From Marsupella aquatica (taxonomy: Eukaryota > Plantae > Marchantiophyta), in the NCBI GenBank assembly GCA_973895155.1, contig OZ316898.1:8915079-8979078 (forward strand): a stretch of 64,000 nucleotides of DNA. The letters run 5' to 3'. Positions 1 through 14,800 of the stretch are shown one piece after another (within the stretch, counting starts at the first letter, position 1; each line of letters starts with the position of its first letter). Under the pieces are notes generated by a model. That model made no database searches. It was not told the origin of the DNA and saw nothing but the letters and a program-made list of their open reading frames with translations. Both the position numbers and the translations under genes were made by a program.

Positions 1-3000
1 GTAGATGGACTCATTATGGATCTCCAACCCGCCATGAGCTCCCTTTGTACGTCAGAGAATTTAGCTGAGTGTGAGAATTTAATTGTGGACATAGCAAGGC
101 TCATCCTCCAGGCCCGAGGGGACCAACGATTGGTTTCTATTCTCAACAAAACTGGTGCCATTACTGGGATGATGGAACTCCTCTTCAATTCTCACGAAGC
201 GAGGGTTTTGGATGCTACCCTATTCATATTATCGGTAGTAATAGCCACAGATGACACTGCGAGACAAGCAGTGGTCAGTGCTGATCCAGACGCCGGGTGT
301 TTGGTTGGGCTTTTGAGGAAGGGATTGAGTTCATCAGCGTCGGTACTGTACCAGCTCAAGCTTCCTAAGGACCAGCTAGCAGCACTAGATTTATTCCCAC
401 TTCTCGTAGTGATGATCAAGGAAAATGAAGAAATTGAAGGAGTTGATGCTTGGAATGAGCAACAGGAGATCCATTCAATGATGATGAGGCCAAAGTCTGC
501 AGCGATCGTGCTACTGGATCAGATTTTAACGGGAGGGGATCCAATCACTTTTTCACAAAATTCTCAAGCGATACTGGCACTACAAGCTATACCAGCTCTG
601 GTCACTAGCTTGGACCAGACCAAGGACATTGAGGTGCGAACGAGTGCGATTTCTCTCTTACTATGCTGCATACAGTCTGATGGGCGGATCAGGAACAAAA
701 TTGCCAAGAAAACAAACCTTGCTACAGTTGTGGATCTTCTGCATAGTGGAAGCAACAGAGCTAGGACGGTTGCCATCACCTTTCTCAACGAATTGGTGCA
801 TCTAAGCAGGTCAGTACTAGTTCAGCTTGTCAGTTTTTAATTCTGTCAAACCAAGCGTCCAGATTTAAAGATTTCAAACCATAACTCTGATCAACAGGCT
901 ATATTTATGATTTCTCTGGTTTGGATTACTGGAGAGGGTTGTGTGGCCTACATGTCTGGGACGTCCACTGAAACTTAGAAAGCCAAAGTGTTCTACCTTC
1001 GTTTTAAACAACAGTGATCATGAAGGCCATCATTTTATGTATTAGTCAGATTTGGCGAAGGAACTTAGCTGATTCTACTTTTGATTTTGCAGGAGAACAC
1101 TGTGTACAGACGTTTTAAAACGATTGAAGGCGGAAGGAAGTCTAAGCAGCATGCACGGCTTGTTGGTATATTTGCAAATGGCTCCGCTAGAGCACAGGCC
1201 TGTGGCTGCAAGTCTCCTTCTTCAGCTTGATCTCCTCGTGAGTAAAGCTAATCCACTGAGAAATTCTTTTTGCTGTAGTACCTACTTTGAATTGGAGCCA
1301 ATCTTGTCATGATGGTAAGCACCTGTAGAGATTCAATTCAAGGGCCAATTAGAGTTTAGTGTTTAAGCCCACCTGAAGGTGATGTAACTGTCCAATATGG
1401 ATGTCCCTTCTGACCGATCAGAATTCGCAGCAAAACCAGAATTGGTCCCAGGTTTCTGGTTTGAGGTAACAATAAAAGGCATTACTGCAGGAATCAGAAT
1501 CCTCGAACTAAACATAGCGCCAGTTTTGGTCAATGGATCAGAAATGCAGGGGCTTCAATCCCCGTTGGAAGACGCTTCACATCCGCTTGATTTTTCTCAC
1601 ACTGATAACCATGGGTTTCGGTGCCCACTGAGACAGTAATAAGTTCTTGGCTGGCTCTTGTTTATGGCATGTAGCAAGAACCTCGTAAGGGGAGTATATA
1701 TCGAGAAGAAGCGGTGGACTCTCTGGTGAAAGCTCTGAAAAGCACCGACTGGCCTTGTCCTGCGGAAGCGGCGAACACGCTGATTGCTTTAGGCGGTCGT
1801 TTCTCGCATTCTGGGAAACCCTTGATGAAGGCTTGGTTGTTGAAGATATCCGGTAATGACAAACATTTCCTGTCATTGACGAAAAACGAGCAGGACAATG
1901 ATGCAACATACGATCAGGTGAGGATTGGTCATTAACTAAGGTGCTAACTAACCTATAAAAGAAGGTGCTCTGAATGGACCATTCGTAAAAGGCTGGGAAA
2001 TGTTGGGAAGTAACAAGTATAGGCACTAATGTATCAGACAGAAGAAAGTCCACTACAAATTACTTGGGATTAAATTATCACTCAAAAGTACTGCTTCTTA
2101 ATCTCACAGGAAGAAGAGGAGAGAGCCGCCAAAGCGTGGGAGACGAAAGTGGCAAGAGCCCTAGCTGGTCACGATTCGGGCACGCTGATTAAAGCTCTGG
2201 GACAAGGGATTCAGAACAAGAACCCAGAGGTGTCCAAGCCCTGTATGATTGTAGCGGCGTGGGTCACGCATGTGTTGTCCAAATTTCCATACACAGGCAT
2301 CAGACAAACTGCACGCAAGTATCTCCTCGACCACTGTGTAGGAGTGCTACACACGTCCGATGACCTTCAACAAAAGTTTCTTGCAGCTCTGGCCATCCAC
2401 AGCTTCATCTCAGATCCTGGTAAGCGATGAAGGGCTTCACGAACTTGATCAGTCTGACATGGAACATAGTCGATAGCTTCACCAGGTCTGTTTGAAGATT
2501 GTCTGCTAATTTGGCAGGGCCATGTATTGAACTGCTGCTTGATTACTCTTCTCTGTTTGCTGCGCTGTAGAGGGCGTCCAATCACTTATCAGCCACGTGA
2601 AGGAGATCTCCAGCCCTCTTCGTCACCTGAAAAAGTCAACATGGACAGCCAAAGAAATATTACAAGCTTTTATTACCCATGGTGGAGCCAACTCGGTGAG
2701 CTCACTCTATTCTACATCGTAGTTTCTATAGAGGCCCTTGAAAATTATTTCATTAATTTATTCCTGATTTCTCTATCAGGTTGTCATAATGATTTTAAAA
2801 TGAGTTGTCCTCTCCGACAATGGCCCCTACACCTTTTGATACGCTACATAATTTATTGAGTCTTCGACTTAGACTGATCTTTACATAAGTACTATTTGAT
2901 TTGCTTTGAGAACTATCTCAGTCTACACAAACTCAATCTTATTTTCAATAAATCTGGCTTTGACTGATGCCAAAATGTGCTAAGATTTCCAAATTTCTGC

Positions 3001-5266
3001 TGATCAATAGAAGTTAAAGTTATTTCCATTCAATCTTTGATTCCTCTTACAATTGAATGTTCTGGAATCAAAGACCTCCACTCATTGAAAGTTTAGGGCA
3101 TTACAAGATATTGTTTTGTGTAGATTGTCACCAATTGTGTGCATATGGTGAAACAGCCGGATCTGTGGGTGCACGCGAAGCAGGGTCAACTAGACGTTAA
3201 GGCAAATGGAGAAGTTCGTGCTCTCGTCAAGGCAAAAACCCGTATCTTCTCTGGCCATTCTGATGGCACAATTAAGGTTTGTTTCGTGTAGTCTCCAGGC
3301 CTTCTCTTAGCCTTTAGACAAAACAGCCGCCTAGCCTCAATATGGCAAAAAACAATTCAGTCAGTGGTTCAATCAGTGGATTATTAGTGCCTCTCATACA
3401 ATAAGAAGACCTTATTTATCTCATTGATGAAGTGCAAATAACCAGAATTGCAATTAACTTACCAAAGACACTATTGCTGTAAGATCTCGTTAGTTTCACG
3501 TCATTCCTCCTGGCCTTGCGTTTGCAGATTATCAAAAATTGATGTTATTGATTAGGTTCTTTCTGGCCATTACCTTTGCGAGAAGAAAGATCTTGACTGT
3601 CCCTGATTAAGCCTCTGTTGTGTAATAGATCTGGGAGGTAAAGAAGGGGTTCCCAGTTCTCCTTCAAGCGCTTAAGGAGCATGCAAAGTCGGTCATGGCG
3701 CTGACCGTTCCACTAAACGAAAATCGAATGTACAGTGGTTCCATCGACAAGAGCATCAGGGTATGACTTCATCGATCGATGTTTATCACAGATCTTCCAG
3801 ACAGCTTGATTCCATGTTTCTACTAAGGAGAAGGTTTCCATCGCTTAGGTACGATGTGAATTATGGTTTAAAATATTGAACTGAAGTTTTCAATGGTAAT
3901 ATTCTCAAATCGGGTGGTCAATTGCAGGTTTGGGCCCTTGGAGCAGAGGACGTCCATTGTCTGCACGTCTTTGACTTGAAGGACGTTGTTGTGGGACTTC
4001 TTGTTAATGGGGGAATGGCATGCATTATACCACACGGAGCTGGCCTTAAGGTATGTTTTCCGAAGCGTGCTAAACTGTTCTTCACGTAGCTTATCTAATC
4101 TTTGATTATGTGACTTTACCCTCGAGTTATTGACTTGAAAAAACTGGTGTGAGTACAGGTCCAGTGTGAGGAAAATGCAACAAAAATACTGAATTCAACT
4201 AAGCATGTGCAAAGCCTTGCCATTTCTGATGGGAAGATCTTTTGTGGATGTACGGACAATAGCGTACAGGTCATTGCACAAATCCTCTGTTCATTGACCC
4301 TCCTCTGCAAATAGCACAAGGTTTATTCATGCTTGACATACTGGGAAAGTTAACCAAGAGAGAAAATTGCTTCTACTCAAGTTATGCTGACCATGCCAGA
4401 ACTTCTACTCTTCATTGGATAGGAACTTGACCCAATATCAGAGTCTGTCGACACTATCCAGCATGGAGCTAGGAAGTTAATCGGGAAGAAGTCAATCTAT
4501 GCGACCCAGGTGTTCCAGAACCATCTTTATACAGCAGGTGCACCGGTTGACGGTGTTGCTGTCAAGGTATAACCTCAAACACTCCTTTCGTTGCACAGCT
4601 CAAATCATTGTCAGGACGTATCTCTACAGTAAAATGAATCCTAGCTTGAGTTGACACTGCCGAAAATATTTTGTAGGTTTGGAAATTGGCGGACCACTCC
4701 TTGGTCGGTACCATTTGCACACAATCTGAAGTGCGGTCCATGGCTATAACTGAGGATTTTATCTACCTAGGCTCAAATTGTGGTGTCATAGAGGTGAGCC
4801 CTGTCACCTGGCCTAAGTTTCAATTCCTTAATTGATGCTATAAATTAGAATTTTACTCAAATTTTGAGATGCAGTTGGTGGTTGTAGTGTGCTGTTGTAG
4901 TGTGCTGTTGTCTGGAATACTTTTGCTCTCCGCTAAACAAATCGTATTGCTAAGCTTCGGTCGCTTGTATCAGGTTTGGCTCCGAAAAAGGCTTTTGAGA
5001 GTATCAACCTTGAAATCTTGGAGTAGAGTACTTTGTCTCATGCTGGATGGTGAAACTCTCTACAGCGGCCATGAGGATGGAAATATTCGGGTCAGTTGTC
5101 ACAATCATAGGAGACTAACTTAAGTTCATGTGGTTCACTGGTAGATTAATATAGCTACTTAAATCCAAAGTTTTGATACCCGCGCTTCGGAGACACTTAT
5201 TACATTCATCCAATCCATCCTGAAGTTTAAATTTGTTGTGGTTTTCAGATATGGACAATGATGTGA
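1..5266 (+). CDS. LIN: LIN/CERBERUS-like putative E3 ubiquitin ligase (ARM repeats + C-terminal WD40); the 5' part, including the expected U-box, lies outside the window
   Basis: GT-AG exons read in frame: <1-809, 1093-1237, 1675-1917, 2110-2419, 2571-2695, 3157-3276, 3629-3760, 3928-4050, 4159-4269, 4423-4566, 4677-4793, 4974-5090, 5249-5266 (stop TGA). LIN-family-like motifs SMHGLLVYLQMAPLEHRPVAASLLLQLDLL-QEPRKGSIYREEAV and LGGRFSHSGK. WD40 repeats include FSGHSDGTIKIW, YSGSIDKSIRVW and YSGHEDGNIRIW. Confidence 0.85.
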
Positions 5267-7568
5267 TGAGGGCGATGACCAACACAATCGTCAAATCTGC
5301 AGCTGGGTAATTTCATATATATCTGTGAGTGCAGTCTGGCAACAAATAGGGAGTTTTGTTGTAGTCAAAGTCCTGTGAGTTTCTCCAAATATGAAGGCTG
5401 GTGCCAAAGGAGATGTGGACTGACAGCACCTTGAATTGCATGATCCGAACCGAATCCTTTTGTACAAAAGTCTTGAAACTGGCCCATCCTTGAAGGTAAG
5501 GCGAACTCTCTTTCCAAAAATTACACAAGTAGTTCTTTGAGGAATTCTAGCTTGCATTTTTTACAAGATCAGGAGGCAGAAAAGTAAGGAGCTAACTCCA
5601 TACAAACGGACTCTGTGGTGGGGAGCAGAAATCTTAAAGAAGATTTTGGATCCATTCCCTTGATTGAGAGATTCGCCCGGATCGATTCAAAACAAGGATT
5701 ATAGTGTTGTACAAGTCTCTCCAGACTCCCTTGATTGAGAGATCCATTCAAAGCAAGGATTACACCGTTATACAGACTCTCCGGGCCTCTTCTGCTTGAA
5801 AAGTTTACAATTACGACTTTCCAGATGCCATCTGCTGGGGGGACAAGTACTGGGGGACTGGTGAGTGACTAGTCAAAACATGTGATCTTTCAGCTACTCT
5901 CTACTGGGGGACAAAATAAGTCTACAAGTGCTAGACATGAACTAAATCATTAGAGTGAACGAATGTGATTGAGTTCCACTGAGGAGAGGACACTGCAGGA
6001 TGGTCGTATGATCTCCCTACAATTACACTCGGCTGTCGGCTTGAGGCTATAACCGGATCTAAGCTCCTATCAATTACCTGTCTTAGAGAGAGAGAAGTGC
6101 TCCCGGAAGTGCTATGGCCTGAACTCCCTAAGTATCCAGATCATGGTTATTGCTAGCACGCTAGGAACCATAAGACCGGAAGAGGGACTCTGCAGTATTG
6201 ATCCTTGAATCAGAAAGTTGATTTGTTTTTTACCTCAATTTCGAGATGCATTCAAGGTTCAGCTTTACTTTGCAGGGTGAACCTGAGACGTACATGAGGC
6301 GAGATTGTAAGTCACCAATCAGACTTTCTCGCCCCTAAGGAATGGGGCCCTCGGTTACTTGGGCCATGTGCCCTAAATTATATATAGCGGTTGCTTGTTG
6401 AATGACGTGGTTTTTGTTGAATTCCCTTTAAATTGAAATTTAGATCATTGCATGCCCTGCATCTAGTGTTGCCCAGCCTGGCACTTTATTTGAGGGGCGT
6501 GGCTTTTACTCCTCGACTGCAATGTACATGTCAGTAACTGATGCGTTCAAGATATTTATCTATATCACGAGCATATATAAAAATATGCATCAATCAGACC
6601 TGTCAGTAATGTAGAGATTGTGGGCAAGAAGAACACTATTCAGATAGTCAACAATTATTTTACCGTGATACAGACAACACCGAACCACCTCATGCAATGT
6701 CTCGAACGCATAAAAATCTAGATTTTTGAAATGTAATTACGCTAGTAAGTTGCAGACAGATCTCTACTGTAGATACCTAAATGTACATTGCATGTATGTC
6801 GAACGGCTCATGTCCTTTTCAACACAGTGAGAAACAAGGAACACTCAGCTCAGACCCAACGCTTCATTTGCATGTATAAATAGTGATTCTGGATGCGAGT
6901 ATCAGTATGTGGACTTGTGTTTTGAGTGCATCCCCACACAAAACATCTTGAAATGAGAGCGGGCTCGTCAATCAGTCAATGTATACTTTTATTGCAACAG
7001 AGTTTCATCCACGCGTGTAATTTCAGAGCGATGAAATCGAGCGTGCTTCATTGGCAATCTCACCTCCCACGCTTCAGTCCTTAGCTTCGTTACTGCATTG
7101 GCGTCGGTATGGAATGTCCGAAGATGGATCCTTCTACATGACCCCAAATCGTTGGCCTTTCCGATCAAGATAAACAAACTATAATTTCATGTAGACGAGC
7201 AGGCAGCAGGCACGTCACTCTGTCGAATGGAAAGTAATGGCGCTTGTAACGATTCTGCAATGAATGAAATTTGCTGTCGAGGTGGTTTCGGAGAAACGGA
7301 ATTCGTTGATCAAAAAACGTACAGGAAGTAGACTGTCCTATGCTGATGAGTGTCCAATGAAGAATGAAGCAGGTTGCAATGGATCGATTACAACATTTTG
7401 ATAGTCTTCAATCCTGTCTTATTCAAACTTTGTGTTGTGTATTCAAAAAGATCTTTGAAGGCAAAAAAAAAACTTTGTGTTGTGTATTTTTTCACTTGTG
7501 CATCACAAGGTGCATCGTTTCTAATGTTTAGATTTTGAATTTATTTTGGCACCCCCATTAATGTTTAA

Positions 7569-7980
7569 CTGGGATTTATTAGATTGCCACATTCTTTTTT
7601 TGACATAATATACTCTTTGCCACTGATCTGCAATCCTTCACATGCCCATCATTGCATCCAGAGTTCTATTCTGTCTGCTCCCATCTCCCTCAAGGTGACT
7701 TTGACCTTCCTTACCAGGAGGGTTTAGGGACAGGCTAACTCTAGACAGAGGCTGGGCATAGGATGGGAGGACCCAAGGGTGGTCAAAGTTACCTTGAGCG
7801 AGACCAAGGCCATCTGATTGCAAATCTGGATGTGATGACATCCATTGAATGCAAAAGGGCTAACCCTGGTTATTTTTCTTAACCCCCAAAACAAAAATAG
7901 TGGCATTGTGATGAAAAGATGTAATTCAGTGGCAATGTATGTATTACGCCAAACAAGAGTGGCAATGTAATAAATCTCAG
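7569..7980. mobile_element. Mutator-like foldback MITE
   Basis: TIRs CTGGGATTTATTAGATTGCCAC and GTGGCAATGTAATAAATCTCAG. Identical 10-bp flanks TAATGTTTAA (7559-7568, 7981-7990). Internal inverted arms CTCAAGGTGACTTTGACC (~7690) and GGTCAAAGTTACCTTGAG (~7781). Confidence 0.8.
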
Positions 7981-8553
7981 TAATGTTTAATTTCATCTTT
8001 GCAATCCTGGGCCTCTTATTTCATACTAATGTTATATTAGAGTACTGTGCATTAAACTCGTTAGCAAATCTCAAGGAATCAGTCCAGAGTGATTCTATGT
8101 ATTGGTATGAGTGAGAAAGAAATGATTCTAAACAATGTGGACATTTGGTGTATTAAATTATTCTCATGGACCGTTTTGCTTCCCAAGTTTATGATTTTAA
8201 TTGATTTGAGTGTCGTTACCCTAAGGCAAGTGAGTATAGATTCCTTATGTGCACAACTCTTTTACACCATGGACTTGTGCTTTTCCTGGTCATTATGTGA
8301 AAGATATTTTCTATGCATGTGCTGTACTTCAATGTACTCTTGTATTTGATTCCACTCAATTTCAACAAATACTACAAACTAGCCAAAAAGAAATTAGATC
8401 ACCAACACATGACAGGATGAGCATGCTATATCACGGAGCTTAAGATTGGTCAAGATAAAGTTTGACACTAGCTGTCTGCTATATGACCAATCCACCTTAG
8501 TTTCAGTATGTTGTCTTAATAAGATTTCAAATTATGTTTGACACCTCTCTTAT

Positions 8554-8770
8554 CAGTCTATTCATTAAAACTGGAAAATTCTTTGATCTTTGGACATTTA
8601 GGCACCAAAAAATATATATTTTGGCACAAGAATTGTACATTTGGGCAGTGCGAGTTGTACATTTGGGCACCAGATGTTGTACATTTGGGGGATCAAGATT
8701 GTACATAGGAGAAAATGAAATATTAATTTGGATTCTAAAGAAAAACATTTGGGTGATAATAATGTAAAAT
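8554..8770. repeat. Left TIR plus ~22-bp subterminal repeats of a TIR element; the partner end is at 23838-23996
   Basis: CTATTCATTAAAACTGGAA (8558-8576) is the exact reverse complement of 23974-23992. It is followed by tandem ~22-bp units starting TTGTACATTTGGG. Confidence 0.6.
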
Positions 8771-11745
8771 ATGTTGGATGAGAAGTAGAACTTACTTACA
8801 TTGATTCAATTTGACTAATAGAATATAAGTGTCTAGTAACTTAGCTTCAATATGATCTCTACCCTTAGCTAGCTAAATTAACCTTCTACTTAGTTACTAA
8901 TTGAGAGCATTTAATATATTAAATTTGAATGATACCTGGCTTACTATCCATTCAGACAATTAGTTCGTGGACCCCTATCTGTTGATTGTATGTGAGGTAT
9001 GTGTTGGACAATATATGTGAAATAGATAAATGTGTTATAAAATGTGTGACAATGAACATATCTTTATTGAGACTACATGGTGGATCGAATCTGGAGACTA
9101 GGCCAGCTGAAAATAGTGACCGAGCTGAATATATGAGCAAACCTCAACTAGTTCTGAAGCTGCAGCGTGGTGCTCTGAGCTTGAGGCAATCCCAATCGCT
9201 TGGGAGTTCAGCTCTGGAGCCAGCAAAGGTATTTCAATTAGGAATCATGAGCACAGTTGAAGATCTAATTGCAGGTTGGAATGGAAATGGAGCTCACCCG
9301 AGGACGTAAAATATAGCTCTCGTTTGGATCATCTAGAACACCTTTGAACAAAGATCGGACAAACTGCAGTTCAACAATTTCCTTGCCAGAATAGTTTTTC
9401 AACTCATCCAAAGCCAGTTATTTCAACAATGGATTTTAGAAAGTAATGCAACACACTTCTCCACGGTATTGCTTAGAGTGAGTAAACCTATGTGTCAAGC
9501 TTAGGGCCATCTACATTAATTCTCGCTTGTCTCAAACGATTGCTGTCTGGTAGGTAGCGATGGTGGCCAGAGTTGGTTTGCAATTACCTTGTACGCATCT
9601 AGTATGAGGCACTGTGGAACCCACGATGCCATCACAATTTAAACCATATGGTCAGTTCGCAAAACTTTGTTCACTGGAAGTTTTTATTGTTTAGCATAGT
9701 TGTCAAGGTTTGGTCACGTAAGGTTCACGACGGAGACTTTCTAGTAGTCACAGCTGTACCGTGGTACTCTGCCACCAGGACACTGACGCTACCACAGAAT
9801 GGGCATTTGTTGTATGCCTAGAAGGATTCAATTTTTTTCAAGCAGTGGTGGGCAGAGTTGATTGAGAGGCGTTTAATTTCGCGCCGAGGGGATTTCAAGT
9901 CCTCAAGAATAATTCTTTTCTGAGTAGCTAGATTGTGCGATTGATCATACTTCCGGATGAATGGAGCCTATGTAAGGGGAGGATCGCAGCATGGCCATTG
10001 AAATTGTGTCATCTCGGAGCCTTCCTGTACTTGTCTGATCTTGGGCACGGTGAAGACTAGGATGCCCATTTATTAATTTTTTAGATAGCCATACTCTTGC
10101 ATCTCTCAACAGAGCTCGCTGCCAAAAAACTCATGAGTGTATCATCAATAAATTTCTAGCCGAGCTGCAAATTGTTACCCTTGAATTGTTTCTTTACCAG
10201 AAGTCCAGGAGAGACTCAAAGCATAAAGCCGGGTCCGCAATGAGAGAGAGAGAGCGAGGGGCGGCAGGCGAAGCAAGGAAGATTCTAACCAGAGCGTTTA
10301 ATAGTCTCAGCGCACTCCCTGTTCTCCCACTCGGCTATGAAAGTGGAGTGGTTGAAGTATTTGAACTTGGTGACCATTGGGTCTGTCCTGTCACTTTGAG
10401 ATTGAAACACATTGTTGGTCTCCTCGGACACTCATTTCGTCATTTCATCTATTATTGCTGTTCGAGACTTCGGTGTCTCATGACTTCATTGGACCCCTTC
10501 ACATTCAATTCTTCCGTTTATTCAATCATTCTTTCCACCTGTTGCGGATTTCGGGTATAAATCGCGGATCACATAGTCCCATTGGAATCCTTGGAGATAA
10601 ATTGCTCTCATCCTTTCACCTTCACAATCACATCCTGGCTAGTTTTGGTGTTTCCCTCCCCTCCTCTCTTTCGTTCAATCCAAAGTCGTCTCTCTATCAT
10701 TAGTTGCCTCGCGTCTCATGCATCGTTGTGGAGCAAGAGTACTCAACCACTTCATGGTCCAATCAATGCCTCTGTCTTAGGTGAGGAGCAATGACGTCTT
10801 CCTGAATTCCCTTACTGTCAAAAATTTTTGATTCGATATTCATTTGCAGATTGAAGCAATTTCCGAAATTCAATTCCGAGCAGCAATTTCAGAGCTCTCA
10901 CTAAGGACTAAAGTGATTTCCTCAAGAGAGACTATCGTTTGTTAGCCATGACTGAGAATTGCTCTTCTGACTGCCTCTTGTGTGCTGATGAACTTGACCT
11001 TCCGCTAAAGAAAGAGAAAAAGAGAGAGTCAATCTTGCTTTGCACTCTCTGCACTTGTTCGGAAGGTTAGATGAGTATTCCATTACCTCATCGCCACTTC
11101 TTCTATCCTCGATTACGACACGAGGAAATGAGGAAACACAAGGTTACCTTCTGCCCCTGTGGGATTCTTAACTGCCATGCTGTGTTGCTTCATATAATTA
11201 CTTATTTTTTATTGTGGAATTGAAACCACAATTCACAAAAAGGGTGGGCAATCGGTTATTTGCAGTAGATAAAACTGAGTTGTGGGCCTACTCAGGGTAA
11301 ATAAAACAGTTATTTTGATTACTTTGTACATGAAGATTTACGGCATGGCGTCACCAATTTTACCAAAATCCTGCCGCAAACACGAATGTTAAAGTCATTT
11401 TATTTTGTAAACCAATTCATACCTGTTTGCAGCACGTCATGATGACATGGCGCGCTGTGGAGCCAGGAATTTTGGAAGGGACCTCTAGTGGGGTCCGTAA
11501 GTAATTTGTTACATTCTAAGCAACTCGAGTTGAAACTAAGGTTTACTACTAGACAGTACTAAGAGGCACTCACATCCTATCATGGATATTAAGACTTCAT
11601 GTAATATATAGTCTGTATTGATATTATAAAGGTATCCAAGTCCAATTACCTCCACCTATTCAAACTAGTATCCCAAAATATTATAATAATTAGTTACTTA
11701 AATAGATATACTACTTAGTACTAACCAGTTATAGTAAGTGCTAAA

Positions 11746-11833
11746 GACATGTCTGATTCCAAACTAATTGACATAGACTCCCTCACTTTGACATGTCTAA
11801 TTCCAAACTAAATGACATAGACTCCCTCACTCT
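11746..11833. repeat. 44-bp tandem duplication just 3' of the transposase stop
   Basis: GACATGTCTGATTCCAAACTAATTGACATAGACTCCCTCACTTT followed by a near-identical second copy. Confidence 0.85.
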
Positions 11834-11862
11834 GACAGAGTGACTACTAAAAAACATTTGAC

Positions 11863-14800
11863 TTACTCAACAATCCCTTCCATGTAGGTTTTGAGTGTTT
11901 TCAAAACATTCTTGGGAATGGTCAAACCTCTATCAATTATATTTTCTTCTCTAGAGCGTGACTTGAATCCATACATAGCAGAATTAGCAAATTACCAACG
12001 TTCAGTGGCACTGTCAAACCCAGGATCCACCTCCCAAGTCTTAGTGGTCTGAAAGCAACGTGAATATCGCACATGATCCGGTGCATCATGCTTACCATGT
12101 TTAGGCCTCCACCATTGCACTTGGAACATAGGAGCATACCGTGTACTAGTAGGAGAATTCTCATTGCATTGCAAGTCTCCTAAGGGAACTTCATGGTTTG
12201 GGTCCACAACACCCAAAGCTCTCACCAACCAGAAATATTCTTTCCCATTCTTCTTTTCCCATTCATCCTCTGGACGGAGAAATACAAAGTGACCCTCTTG
12301 AATGTCCTGCAGAGGAATCCAATGTGCAAGTTCTCGCTCGTGTCGAGCGCCAACAAATGTTGCAGCTTGATCCTCCATCTCTTCCAGGTACTCATTCTGA
12401 AGCTCCACCATTTGTGGATTCTATGTACTACTACTAGGCTCCCCCAATGGTTCAGAGGTTCCTGTACTATTAACCTTGTAACCAGTTCCGTGGTTGGTTT
12501 TTGGCCAAAATTCATATGTCAATGCTAACTGTATTTCTGCCTCCCCTTCAATTGTAAGCTCCCCAGATTATACTTGCACCACCATCTCCCAATATTTCAC
12601 CAAAGGAAACCGCTCACGATATGCTATAGAGGTCTCATCCTTACAACTCTTCTTCAAAAACTCAATGTAACGATTAAGGAATGGGATGATTTCTTCAACC
12701 TTGCCTCGTACATCCCCGGAGATGGGCTTTGCATATGGTTGAGCTTCTGGTAAAATGAGAGCATTGGTGCTGGAATCAGTTCTCCAAATGGACCTTCCAG
12801 TTGGAGGGTACCAAGGTTGTTTCACATGTGCTTTGTATTGATATATTGGAACATTATCTCTCATAGAGAAAAGAAATGCCACTGGTTTTGAGTGACCCTC
12901 TATGTCTTTTACCTTGAAAGTTTTCAAAAACTCTTTGTAAGCTGCAACCTCTTGGATCAACCGTGGGACAGGATGAATGCTTTCACACTCCCAAACCTCA
13001 GCCATCAACCCCAAGAGGGTAGAAACCTCCTTGTACTTCACTTGGTTGGATACTTTTGAAAACAATGCATCGACATCCTCATGGGTGTGACCAACCATGA
13101 GAAACGACATCTGCACTATTTCAAAAACCCCTCTACTAACAAGCTCACTGCAAAATGCCATCAAGTACTGGTTTTTGTTATCTTTCCCTGAATTATCCAT
13201 TTGCAAGGTCAGGTGCCTTGGCAATGGTTTGAAAGAGGTAGACGTAGCCTTGGGATCAACACCAAAGTCGTCTTGGTCATCTTCAGCTCCTTGAAATCTA
13301 GCAATTGAGACTTTTTTGGGTTCTAAGTAACCTGCGAGAAATGCTTCAAACTCCAAAAGAGATTGAAAAATTGGCCTCATTGCAGCCCAATATAATCCTT
13401 CAAGGAGGTCTCCAGATTTGTCCCCCTTGTAATCCTCCAGATCTCTAAGGCACTTTGCCAATGATGTCACTGTGAAGTCTGCATCTCCCGGCCAAAGCCC
13501 AGTGAAACTGAAGTGAGCATACACTCTGGGATCCCTTCCATGGGTCAACATCCCAGTGAGCGCAATGGGGAGCGGTTGACCACTACCAGACAATGATTTA
13601 GGAGTGGGGACCAACCTAGGGATCCATGTCTTGGCCTAGTCCATCTTGTCATGTATAATGCAAAGATAGTTCTCAGGATCCTTCTTCGCAAGAACCCTAT
13701 GAGCATAGTAAACATATCTCCTAGACATTTGCTCACGAAGATGGCGAGCTCTTCTTTCCTCAATCTCTAAACGCTCTTTCTTTCTCTTCTCCCGCATCAA
13801 CTGATCTTTGAACTCAGTGCAAAGTGTACACTTTGCTAATGCACTTCCCTTGTGAAAGTCAAAATTCATGAAGGACTCACTCCAGAGTTTATACATAGTG
13901 TTTTCACTCACCTTCATGTAGCCATCTAATTCCATTTTTGAGTATACCTCCTCAAAAATATCTTTCTTCGTGAAACAAGATGGAAGTCTGTACTCAACCG
14001 TGTCAGTCCCGTGAGACCCTCCATAGGGAAGATGTGGCATGGGTTCTCCGTTTTGGGTTAGAATGGACTCCAACAAAGCACGAGCATGCAAGGTGCTTCC
14101 TCGTGTCTTGTGTGAACCCTTGTTTCTGTGGAATCCAACCGTGCAACCTGCTTCATATTGATTTTTATAATCATAATACTTGGCAGTGCTGAATCCATGC
14201 ATTTTAATAAATGCACCCTTGCAAACAAGTCTACTTCTTACAACGAAATATCCTTTTGTCTCCACTTCCTTCTCCCTACAGCCAAAAAGAGTGAGAATGT
14301 GACTGGTTTTGTTGTCGCTTGACATCCCATGGTATTCCCTCCTTATCGCCTATAGGTCTTCTCTGGGCATGTTGAGGCAACACTTCAACTTACAACAACC
14401 TTCTCTTTGGATGGAGTCGATTTCCTCCTCTGTGATTTTCAGTATGGCCCAAGACTCCAAGTGCTTCTTCCTTTTTTCATCTGGGTTGACCTTCGTTCTC
14501 TTGATGAAATTATACGGGCGTTTCGAAAACTCAGTGTCACCTTTCATATCTACCTCTAGATGATCTCGACCATCAATAATTGGTTTCGGAGAAACCTCTT
14601 CAATGAGATCCAGAAGAAAAATACCCCTTGGTATCAGCAGAAGTGAACGGACGGCCCACCTAACAAGACCAGGCACTCATGGGTAGATATTTGGGAAAAA
14701 TAGAGGGTCAATCACGCGTGTGACAGCAACCCCAACGTGATCTGGTCCAAGAACATCATCATCAATTGCACCTGACTCGAAAGGAACTGTGATGATGCCA

